A stretch of 11,801 nt of DNA from Ignisphaera sp. (GCA_038889075.1 JAWAHS010000019.1:1-11801); one strand, 5' to 3'; counted from the stretch's first letter, positions 1 to 7,123 are shown. A program made the numbers and translations. Notes: generated by a model not told the origin, from the sequence alone.

Positions 1-899
1 ATTGCAATCAATTCCACTATTATTTTAGCTGATATAAATGCCGTTACCTCCGAGGGATCATATAGCGGTGTCATTTCAACCACGTCTACTGCATATTCAT
101 TTCCATTTACTATCTTATTTAGAATGCTCAGCAGCGTGTACGGACTTAATCCCAGTGGTTCAGGTGTCTGAACCCCAGGAGCATATGATGGATCCAGAAC
201 ATCGATATCTATGGAGATGTACTTTGCTTTACACATAGAGATCTCATTCTCTATAGTATTCATTAGTTTTGCGTCTACGGTATCCCCTACAATTTTAAAT
301 ATTTCTATATCTCTTTGTTTACTAATACCTCTATAGAATTCCTCTTCCTCCCTACTTACGGCTCTTGCTCCAATTATTATTATCCTTGGTTTTATTTCAT
401 CCCAAATTCTCCTAATGACTGTCGCATGGTTGTATATCGAACCCAGGTACTCACTTCTTAGATCTGTATGAGCATCAAAAACCACTAGACAGGGCTTATT
501 ATGATTCTTTATGTATGCTTTAAATGTTGCTAGAGTTAATGTGTGTTCTCCGCCTAATATAAATACCATTCTATTTCTCTTCCTAAAAATATTGTCCATA
601 ACAAGCTCGACCTTAGATATTGTCTCTATAAGATTTCCTGGAACGATTGAGATGTCACCTAAATCATTAACACCTATAGACTCAACATCAACACCATTTA
701 GAGCCGAGCATAGCTCTAACGATTTCGAGGCTCTTCTTATAGCTTTAGGTGCTAAAGCAGTACCACTTCTATATGAGGTTGACATATCTAAAGGTACTCC
801 AATAATAGAGTACGGTGTTTCACCTTCACTTTTATTAAATCCTAAAAAAGCCTCCGAGTCTGATAAGCTACTTATAAATATCTTATATTCGTCAACCAT
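1..899 (-). CDS. speB: Agmatinase (ureohydrolase family), 3' end truncated by the window edge
   Basis: Manual translation from ATG at 899 stays open to base 1: MVDEYKIF...GVPLDMSTSYRSGTALAPKAIR...LGGEHT...VFDAHTDLR...YNHAT...ISIDIDVLDPSYAPGVQTPEPLG...VDVVEMTPLYD. These are the GGxH, DAHxD and SxDxDxxDP metal-binding motifs of ureohydrolases. A GAGGT RBS lies 8 nt upstream. It is missing from the ORF track because there is no stop in the window. Confidence 0.93.
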   Translation of the reverse strand, partial: MVDEYKIFISSLSDSEAFLGFNKSEGETPYSIIGVPLDMSTSYRSGTALAPKAIRRASKSLELCSALNGVDVESIGVNDLGDISIVPGNLIETISKVELVMDNIFRKRNRMVFILGGEHTLTLATFKAYIKNHNKPCLVVFDAHTDLRSEYLGSIYNHATVIRRIWDEIKPRIIIIGARAVSREEEEFYRGISKQRDIEIFKIVGDTVDAKLMNTIENEISMCKAKYISIDIDVLDPSYAPGVQTPEPLGLSPYTLLSILNKIVNGNEYAVDVVEMTPLYDPSEVTAFISAKIIVELIA

Positions 900-1036
900 G
901 ATATCTTTACCTCAGATAAGTCTATTAACTTAAATACCCATAAGCGCTACCTTATAGTGGTAAAACTCTTAATAACCTATTAGTCCTAGATGTGTTAAAC
1001 CTTGTAGTATAGTGTATGGAAATATGGTGTCGTACA
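900..1036. promoter_or_regulatory. Divergent promoter region between speB and glyS
   Basis: AT-rich intergenic region with TATA-like TATTTAAG on - (~929-936) and AAAACT-CTTAATAA on + (~962-975). GGTG RBS at 1026-1029 precedes ATG 1037. Confidence 0.5.
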
Positions 1037-2797
1037 ATGAGCATCTCAAAATACGAAAAAGTAATTGATTATGCCATCAAGAGAGGGTTTCTATGGCAGT
1101 CATATGAAATATACGGTGGTCAATCAGGCTTTTATGACCTTGGACCACTCGGTGTTTTGCTGAAAAATAATATTATTGATTTATGGAGAGAATTTTTTGT
1201 AAAGAGGCATCAGGAATTTGTCGTAGAAATAGAAACTCCTATTATTACACCATCGATTGTATTTAGAGCTAGTGGCCATGAGGAGAATTTCACTGACTAT
1301 GCAGTCGAGTGTACACAGTGTCATAGAATATTTCGTGCAGATCATTTAATTGAGGAAAAACTCGGTATCTCTGTTGAAGGTCATCCAGCTGAAGAACTTG
1401 AAAAACTAATCAACGAAAACAACATCAGATGCCCTTTATGCAACGGTGTCCTGGGAAGCGTTCGAAAATTCCTTCTTCTATTCCAAACATATATAGGTCC
1501 ATACTCTCCCGAAAATCTAGCCTATCTAAGACCTGAAGCTGCACAGGGAATGTTTATAAATTTTAAACGCGTATATGATTTAGCTAAACGTAGATTACCG
1601 CTAGGTATTGTACAGATAGGTAAGGTTGCTCGAAATGAAATCTCACCTAGACAAGGTCCTATAAGACTTAGAGAATTTACTATAATGGAGATAGAGTTCT
1701 TCTACGACGAGGCTAATCCCAACTGTGATTTACTCTATGAATGTTGTAAAGAGGGGAAGATACGCATTCTAACTGCTGAACAGAGGCAAAGAGATGACGA
1801 TAAGCCAATAAGCATCTCACCTGCTGAGGCTTTTAGTGACGGCATTATAAAAAGTCCGTGGCTTGCATACTGGATGTGTATGGCAAATAATTTCATAAAT
1901 GCTCTAGGTGTTCCTAGTAGCTATAGCTATTTCGAGGAGAAGCTTCCACATGAACGTGCACACTACTCTAGGCAAACATTTGATCAAATGGTTATTGTTG
2001 ATAAATGGGGAAAGCTTGAGGTCTCCGGACATGCATATAGATACACCTATGATTTAGAAAGACATATCATGTTTAGCAAGGCTGATTTATATGCACTAAG
2101 ACAGTTGAAAACACCTAAAACAGTCAAAAAAATTAGCGTACAGTATGATAAGGTAGCCATTCTAAAATTGTTTGGATCTAGAGCTGGGGAAGTATTCAAA
2201 GCTATATCGGATATTAATAAGGATGAACTAGTAAAGATTATAAACTCTACACAATCTGACAGCATAGTATTGAACGGCATTGCAATACCGAAAAACATCT
2301 TTAGCATTGTAGAGACTGATGAACAGCAATGGGTAGAGAAATTCGTTCCATCGGTTTCGGAGCCTTCATTTGGTGCTGAAAGGCTTCTATACATAGCACT
2401 AGAATATGCATATAGTGAGCAAGGTGATAGAATTGTACTAAGGCTTCCTACTAGGATTGCGCCAATAAAGGTAGGTGTTACTCCACTTGTAGATAAGGAA
2501 CCTCTTAAACAGTTTGCAAGAAGAGTCTACGAAGCATTAAAGGAGCGACACTATGTCCTATATCTTGAGGGAGGCACTATAGGCAAAAAGTATGCTTTAG
2601 CTGATGAACTAGGCATACCATTTGTAGTTACTGTAGACTACGATAGTATCTCAAATAATGATGTTACTGTTAGAGATAGAGATAGTAGGAAGCAGATACG
2701 TGTACCATTCAATGATTTACTGAGGGTTATAGACCTAGGACTCAGCAACTACGACATATTCAGTATTGGTTATCCAGTAATTGAATACTATAGCTAA
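1037..2797 (+). CDS. glyS: Glycyl-tRNA synthetase, archaeal/eukaryotic homodimeric type
   Basis: Motifs EIYGG..GFYDLGPLG, LRPEAAQG, QIGKVARNEISPRQG.IRLREF, ERAHYS and EPSFGAER, plus a C-terminal anticodon-binding domain (IGKKYALADELGIPFVVTVD). The ORF track starts at 1016. ATG 1037 is preferred because of the GGTG RBS. Confidence 0.97.
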   Translation: MSISKYEKVIDYAIKRGFLWQSYEIYGGQSGFYDLGPLGVLLKNNIIDLWREFFVKRHQEFVVEIETPIITPSIVFRASGHEENFTDYAVECTQCHRIFRADHLIEEKLGISVEGHPAEELEKLINENNIRCPLCNGVLGSVRKFLLLFQTYIGPYSPENLAYLRPEAAQGMFINFKRVYDLAKRRLPLGIVQIGKVARNEISPRQGPIRLREFTIMEIEFFYDEANPNCDLLYECCKEGKIRILTAEQRQRDDDKPISISPAEAFSDGIIKSPWLAYWMCMANNFINALGVPSSYSYFEEKLPHERAHYSRQTFDQMVIVDKWGKLEVSGHAYRYTYDLERHIMFSKADLYALRQLKTPKTVKKISVQYDKVAILKLFGSRAGEVFKAISDINKDELVKIINSTQSDSIVLNGIAIPKNIFSIVETDEQQWVEKFVPSVSEPSFGAERLLYIALEYAYSEQGDRIVLRLPTRIAPIKVGVTPLVDKEPLKQFARRVYEALKERHYVLYLEGGTIGKKYALADELGIPFVVTVDYDSISNNDVTVRDRDSRKQIRVPFNDLLRVIDLGLSNYDIFSIGYPVIEYYS

Positions 2798-2864
2798 TCT
2801 TATAACCTTATTTACAAGCTATATTTATGAACAAATTTAATAGGTTAGCCGAAGGTTAGAAAAG

Positions 2865-3284
2865 ATGTCTGGGTCTTCAAAATTTGGTGAAAACACCATG
2901 TCTAGCGAACAAGGTGTTGAAGAGAAAGAAGAGATTAAAAAGGGCGAGGAGGGGGAGACTAAAATCGATGTTAAGAAGCTGGTCTCTATAATTCCTCCTC
3001 CAGCAACACTATTCTCGAAGCAGAAATCTGGTGTAAGAGAAAAAAGATTGAGATTGAAATACGATTCAAGTGTTAAAGAAGGTGAGGCAAAGGTGTCATC
3101 AATGCTAGCGAGGGAAATGGGTATAAAGGACTATATAGAGGTAACCGTTGCAGGTAGAAAAAGGATTAGACTGAAAGTTGTTATCGTAGATGAACTAGAC
3201 GCTAACTATGTAAATGTGAATCCTGACCAAATGAAACACCTCGGTGTTTCAGATAATAGCATATGTACCATAAGACCTGCATAG
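2865..3284 (+). CDS. Hypothetical protein, acidic N-tail plus stand-alone double-psi beta-barrel-like domain (Cdc48/VAT N-domain-like)
   Basis: Two repeats of the strand-helix-G-strand pattern: GEAKVSSMLAREMGIKDYIEV and NYVNVNPDQMKHLGVSDNSICTI. TATA TTTAATAG at 2836-2843. An alternative start ATG 2898 follows GGTGA (2886-2890). The fold call is pattern recognition. Confidence 0.75.
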   Translation: MSGSSKFGENTMSSEQGVEEKEEIKKGEEGETKIDVKKLVSIIPPPATLFSKQKSGVREKRLRLKYDSSVKEGEAKVSSMLAREMGIKDYIEVTVAGRKRIRLKVVIVDELDANYVNVNPDQMKHLGVSDNSICTIRPA

Positions 3285-3342
3285 AGGTTGCATAACCATA
3301 GAGAATGCCAAACTACTACAACTTTTAAAATCCTTTGAGGAA

Positions 3343-3726
3343 ATGGTGCATCTCCACACTAAGTATGTAGATAAATGTCGCAGGATAATGATTTCGGGAT
3401 CCGGATCGATAGAAGATAGATACGTCAGTAGATTACGTAAACTAAAAAGAATTTCAGAAAAACTTGAAAAGATCCTGCAGAACATGCTAGACGTAGTTCA
3501 TAGTGGTATCTATGACTCTGAAACTATTGAGAGGCTAGAACTCCTACTATTCTATGTTAATGAAACTGCTCTTCCAAGTGAAAGGGAAGTTTGGAAGAGG
3601 CTGGGAGATATACTGTTAGCAACGATAAATCTTGATTTGAGTGAACAGTTAAATAGAATTGACAAGGTGGAGCTGCTTACAAGATCCATACACAATATCA
3701 TCACCGGCCTTGATAGAGGTAATTAG
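3343..3726 (+). CDS. Hypothetical alpha-helical protein
   Basis: 127-aa ORF co-directional with its neighbours, with GAGG upstream and Leu/Ile/Glu/Arg amphipathic heptad-like composition. No family recognised and the start is uncertain. Confidence 0.7.
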   Translation: MVHLHTKYVDKCRRIMISGSGSIEDRYVSRLRKLKRISEKLEKILQNMLDVVHSGIYDSETIERLELLLFYVNETALPSEREVWKRLGDILLATINLDLSEQLNRIDKVELLTRSIHNIITGLDRGN

Positions 3727-3771
3727 CTTTCTATTCGACATATAGTTGTCAAAGAGCTTACAATCGTATCC

Positions 3772-3785
3772 CAAAGTTTATATAC
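3772..3785 (+). promoter_or_regulatory. BRE-TATA box upstream of the DUF47-like/endA pair
   Basis: CAAAG-TTTATATA, with TATA at 3778-3785, about 50 nt before ATG 3835. Confidence 0.6.
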
Positions 3786-3834
3786 CCTTATCTAAATTAG
3801 GTAAAGTAAACAAGTCTAGCTAGGCTTTATAAAA

Positions 3835-4506
3835 ATGAGCAGCGATGTAATTGAACCAAAACAACTCCAGATACAGGCTGTACTTGCTGAGGAAAATCTA
3901 ATAGAACAATTAGATGGCTTCTTCAATAGAATATCAAACATTATCAGCGAAATAGATGAGATGTTTAATGATATATTTCAGAATCGTTTAGAAGTTTTAA
4001 GGACAAGAATTATAAAGACGCTAGGGATGAGTAGAGATGCTAGAAACAGCTATAGGAATATCCTTGAATACGCTTCTCGAGTTGCTCCAGCACTAATAAC
4101 AGGTAGCTACTATCTCAATATGTTGAGCAACTCATCGGAATTGCTCGAAAGAATAAACAAATTATGCAAACACCTCTCCCTACTACAGTTTCCTCATCAG
4201 CCGAATGAAGATGTAATAATATCTGTTCAGAAGACATTAAATATGTTGGTAAGTAGCATAGATAGATTGCGAAATGTATTAAAAGCGTATGTAGAATTCC
4301 CAGTAAAGGCAGATGGACTTCTCGCTGAACTTCTAAAGATTGCCCAGAATCTCAGAACATATTACGACGAATCGTATCTGAGTCTAGGGAAGAGCAATAT
4401 TGATACCGTGTCCATCATTGTGATAGACGACATAGATGGTATTGTGGATTCATTTATAAAAATATATGAGGCTCTGTCATGTCTTCATGTAATGAAGAGA
4501 AGGTAG
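3835..4506 (+). CDS. Degenerate DUF47/PhoU-like tandem helical-bundle protein
   Basis: All-helical 223-aa protein. Segments ARNSYRNILEYASRVAPALITGSYYLNMLSNSSELLERI and IDDIDGIVDSFIKIYEAL follow the DUF47 helix pattern (D-x-I-x-D). The family call is inference. Confidence 0.6.
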   Translation: MSSDVIEPKQLQIQAVLAEENLIEQLDGFFNRISNIISEIDEMFNDIFQNRLEVLRTRIIKTLGMSRDARNSYRNILEYASRVAPALITGSYYLNMLSNSSELLERINKLCKHLSLLQFPHQPNEDVIISVQKTLNMLVSSIDRLRNVLKAYVEFPVKADGLLAELLKIAQNLRTYYDESYLSLGKSNIDTVSIIVIDDIDGIVDSFIKIYEALSCLHVMKRR

Positions 4507-5060
4507 GTAATGCAAAAAGAGTTTTCACCATAGGCCAAAAGGGTTTCCTATTCGATTCAACTCTGGGAAATGAATTATTTAAGAAATTCTTTGGCAAACC
4601 TATGGAGGAATCCAAGCCAAGTCCACTAAAAAATTACGATCAGCCATTTGTTTTATCTATCTATGAAGTATTCTATCTGTGTAGTAAGGGTCTAATTTCA
4701 GCCTCTATTGGCAGTAGCGAAGCTAAATGCAGCGAGCTTGCAGACTATGCTAATAAGGTTGTCAGCAATTTTAGCCTAAAGTACCACGTTTATAGGGATC
4801 TTAGAGAGAAGGGATATATAGTTAGAAGTGGTATGAAGTTTGGTGCTGATTTCACCGTATACGAGCTAGGCCCCGGATTAGAGCACGCACCATATGTCGT
4901 TACCGTAACTTCAGCTACGAATCTACTGCGATCCATAGATATTGTAGGTCTTGGTAGGCTTAGCCATAGTGTTAAGAAAAAGTCTGTACTTGCAGTCGTT
5001 GATAATAGAGAGCATCATACTGGAATTAACTATCTAGTTTTTAAGTGGGTTAAACCATAA
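4479..5060 (+). CDS. endA: tRNA-splicing endonuclease, catalytic alpha subunit, crenarchaeal type
   Basis: YHVYRDLREKGYIVRSGMKFGADFTVYELGPGLEHAPY...GRLSHSVKKK contains the Tyr-His-Lys triad. The N-terminal FFGKPMEESKPS...PFVLSIYEVFYL matches the crenarchaea-specific loop region. Overlaps the upstream gene by 28 nt. Confidence 0.96.
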   Translation: MSSCNEEKVGNAKRVFTIGQKGFLFDSTLGNELFKKFFGKPMEESKPSPLKNYDQPFVLSIYEVFYLCSKGLISASIGSSEAKCSELADYANKVVSNFSLKYHVYRDLREKGYIVRSGMKFGADFTVYELGPGLEHAPYVVTVTSATNLLRSIDIVGLGRLSHSVKKKSVLAVVDNREHHTGINYLVFKWVKP

Positions 5061-5103
5061 GCTTATCTGCTAGAGCTAGCTCTAAACTATTTGTTACTAA
5101 GCT

Positions 5104-5580
5104 ATGGTGAAGCTCTTGCGGAAACCAGAAAGAGGAAGCCCTTCTACAACATTACCGTCTAGGAGAGAAGAAAGATACACACATTATAGGGAAAGAGAAT
5201 ATAGAGAACGACGTGATAGCTATAGAGGAAGGGAAAAAGCTGAGGAGGCTACGCCTAAGCCCATAGGGTCTATGTGTAGCCCTCTATGTCCATTATTTAG
5301 ATGTAGCAAACGAGCGCTATTTATCAATTTAATAAATGGCAGATCTACACCATATTGTAACTGGGTTAACGATACTTGTATAGGCTACAAATGCCAATAT
5401 GCAACATGCGTATCCAGATACCTACTACCTGATGGTAAGTGTTTAACTGTAGTAAAAAATGTTTCAAAGAATGAAGATGAATTCATGAAAGAGCTTGAGA
5501 ATAGAAAGACCGATACCACTCTCAAAAGCTTACTGAGCCGAAGAGGAATCCACAAAGATTTAGGAATAGAAGATTTTTAA
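5104..5580 (+). CDS. Hypothetical Cys-rich (8 Cys) putative metal-binding protein with an Arg/Glu-rich N-terminus
   Basis: 158 aa with spacing Cx3Cx4Cx17C-x6-Cx4Cx4Cx10C and a low-complexity RREERYTHYREREYRERRDSYRGRE segment. Confidence 0.85.
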   Translation: MVKLLRKPERGSPSTTLPSRREERYTHYREREYRERRDSYRGREKAEEATPKPIGSMCSPLCPLFRCSKRALFINLINGRSTPYCNWVNDTCIGYKCQYATCVSRYLLPDGKCLTVVKNVSKNEDEFMKELENRKTDTTLKSLLSRRGIHKDLGIEDF

Positions 5581-5589
5581 CCAAATACT

Positions 5590-5610
5590 TTCTATATAAA
5601 TAGAATTTTT
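5590..5610 (+). terminator. Possible terminator: weak AT hairpin plus T5
   Basis: TTCTAT-ATAA-ATAGAA-TTTTT starts 10 nt after the stop at 5580, in the convergent intergenic region. Confidence 0.35.
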
Positions 5611-5716
5611 AAATCTAGGTAGAGTGCTACCTTCTTAGCTAATTTACGCCAAGACAATTACTTAAAACCAATCAAAGCAGTGCAATATAGAGCTGTATCC
5701 ATTTTAATTAGAAATA

Positions 5717-5771
5717 GTCTCAGACCTGCGCGAGTCTATCACTTTTCAACCCTTTCGAGCTTCATCATCAG
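5717..5771 (-). ncRNA. Box C/D guide sRNA immediately downstream of tRNA-Asn
   Basis: On -: C ATGATGA (5768-5762), 12-nt guide AGCTCGAAAGGG, D' TTGA (5749-5746), AAA, C' GTGATAG (5742-5736), 12-nt guide ACTCGCGCAGGT, D CTGA (5723-5720). This is canonical archaeal spacing in an intergenic location. Confidence 0.88.
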
Positions 5772-5782
5772 ATATAGAATAG

Positions 5783-5855
5783 CGCCGGGGGGAGGATTCG
5801 AACCTCCGACCACGGGGTTAACAGCCCCGCGCTCTACCAGCTGAGCTACCCCGGC
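5783..5855 (-). tRNA. tRNA-Asn (GTT), intronless, CCA not encoded
   Basis: GCCGGGGTAGCTCAGCTGGTAGAGCGCGGGGCTGTTAACCCCGTGGTCGGAGGTTCGAATCCTCCCCCCGGCG folds into a full cloverleaf with anticodon loop CT-GTT-AA and G discriminator. Confidence 0.98.
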
Positions 5856-5898
5856 ATGCTTGTAGCATACCGCTGAAAACTGATTTAGTGTGCTGAGG

Positions 5899-5911
5899 CT
5901 ATAAGCTTATG
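5899..5911 (-). promoter_or_regulatory. Putative BRE-TATA of the tRNA-Asn(-sRNA) transcript
   Basis: CATAAG-CTTATAG on -, about 45 nt upstream of the tRNA 5' end. The same CATAAGCTTAT precedes the 5104 ORF on + (5056-5066). Confidence 0.55.
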
Positions 5912-5933
5912 TAAATTCATCGGAAATGTTAGG

Positions 5934-6812
5934 TCACAGGCTTTCCAATAGCGCTACCATTGATATTAGAATACCATAAATTGGAGCAGTAAATGGATCT
6001 GTATTAATCCTCAGATCTATGAGCTGATCTCTTTTCAATCCCTTTCTTAAAGCTTCTATAATGAATTCATTTACAATGTGGTCTTCTACAGATGAATATG
6101 CTAGCATAAAGGTCTCATGTAGGTGGCTAGATTTCTTAAATAATTCTTTGAGTAATTCGCTGATCATATATATGTTGTAATTGTGTTCCTCAAGGTATTC
6201 ACCTAGAGGTATCATACTCTTAGACACAATTACATTTCTACACGATTTTAACAGCTTTATAGCATCCATATATCTGTTCGCAGCTTCTTCTACTATAGAG
6301 GAAACCTCTACTTCACTCTTTATCCTATTTATCCTAGCTACCATGTCTCCTATGTCTATAGCGATCTTTAGCGCTGCGAGTAGGGATGCTAATCTATATA
6401 TACCGCTATCTATTTCAATTATATCTATATTTTCAAATTCTCTGCTCCACTGCACCCTATGCTTCTCATACACTACGTTGGGGATTATGAATACCGATCT
6501 TATATTATTTAATAGTATAGAGTGTAGGAGTCTTAGAAGGGCCTTTTCATGCATGGCATCGCTATATACTATTGCTAGGTCTAGCGATTCGGCTATGTAG
6601 GGCAACACTACATTGTATGTATAATCGCCATCGATAGCCATTAGTGCGAGCTCAGGTTTCGATATCTTTAGAATTGATACTATATGCTGGACCAATCCGT
6701 ATGTTGCTCCACAATATGCAATTAGAATATTCTTTGAGCTTTTTATGATACTTGTGAGTTTTTGCGATATTCTTTGCGAAACATCTTCAGATCTCTTGGC
6801 AAACTCCATCAC
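5934..6812 (-). CDS. Hypothetical protein, possibly a degenerate SIS (sugar isomerase)-fold protein
   Basis: 292-aa ORF with alternating strand/helix pattern. KNILIAYCGATYGLVQHI...DLAIVYS resembles the first strand/loop and IxxS strand of SIS domains. The fold call is weak inference. Confidence 0.7.
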   Translation of the reverse strand: MMEFAKRSEDVSQRISQKLTSIIKSSKNILIAYCGATYGLVQHIVSILKISKPELALMAIDGDYTYNVVLPYIAESLDLAIVYSDAMHEKALLRLLHSILLNNIRSVFIIPNVVYEKHRVQWSREFENIDIIEIDSGIYRLASLLAALKIAIDIGDMVARINRIKSEVEVSSIVEEAANRYMDAIKLLKSCRNVIVSKSMIPLGEYLEEHNYNIYMISELLKELFKKSSHLHETFMLAYSSVEDHIVNEFIIEALRKGLKRDQLIDLRINTDPFTAPIYGILISMVALLESL

Positions 6813-6823
6813 TCTCGTTATAT

Positions 6824-7123
6824 CTATGTCTCTTCACCGCCGTATTCTTCCTCATGTAGAAGTTCTAGGAATAGCTCCTTATAGTACTCCTCTTTCTCCT
6901 GCTCTATCTCCTCCTTCTTCCTAGCTATTGTCTTGCCGTTACTTATAACTGAGGTTGTGTGAATCCTGGTGTTGGTAGACGTTGTGGTCTCTATTTTATA
7001 GGATGATGGCTGTTTGGAAATTTCGTATCCACATTTGGAACACTTCAATACTGCAGATCCTTCTCCTTTCTTAGTTGGTACTAGGAGATTTCCACATTTT
7101 GGACAAAATTGCGTAATCACCAC
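6824..7123 (-). CDS. TFS/RpoM-family paralog with N-terminal zinc ribbon only and an acidic C-terminal helix
   Basis: QFCPKCGNLLVP...LKCSKCGYE is the RpoM/TFS N-terminal ribbon. There is no second CxxC pair and no catalytic (R)SADE hairpin. The protein ends EEIEQEKEEYYKELFLELLHEEEYGGEET. Confidence 0.85.
   Translation of the reverse strand: MVITQFCPKCGNLLVPTKKGEGSAVLKCSKCGYEISKQPSSYKIETTTSTNTRIHTTSVISNGKTIARKKEEIEQEKEEYYKELFLELLHEEEYGGEET

Noticed and set aside
1520-1705. GlyRS motif deviations (PEAAQG, KVARNE, FTIME)
   Set aside because: The catalytic Arg and Glu residues are retained and similar variants are, as I recall, normal for crenarchaeal GlyRS.
3660-3705. Box C-like GTGATGA on -, and similar words near 5471 (+), 7609 (-) and 9471 (-)
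   Set aside because: No correctly spaced D'/C'/D boxes follow, and they are explained by coding sequence.
5658-5702. 14-codon ORF on - and a 6-bp hairpin at 5617-5632
   Set aside because: Too short, with no RBS or other supporting evidence.
5581-5860. tRNA-Asn as an integration site for a mobile element
   Set aside because: No integrase, no duplicated tRNA 3' end and no compositional shift in the window.
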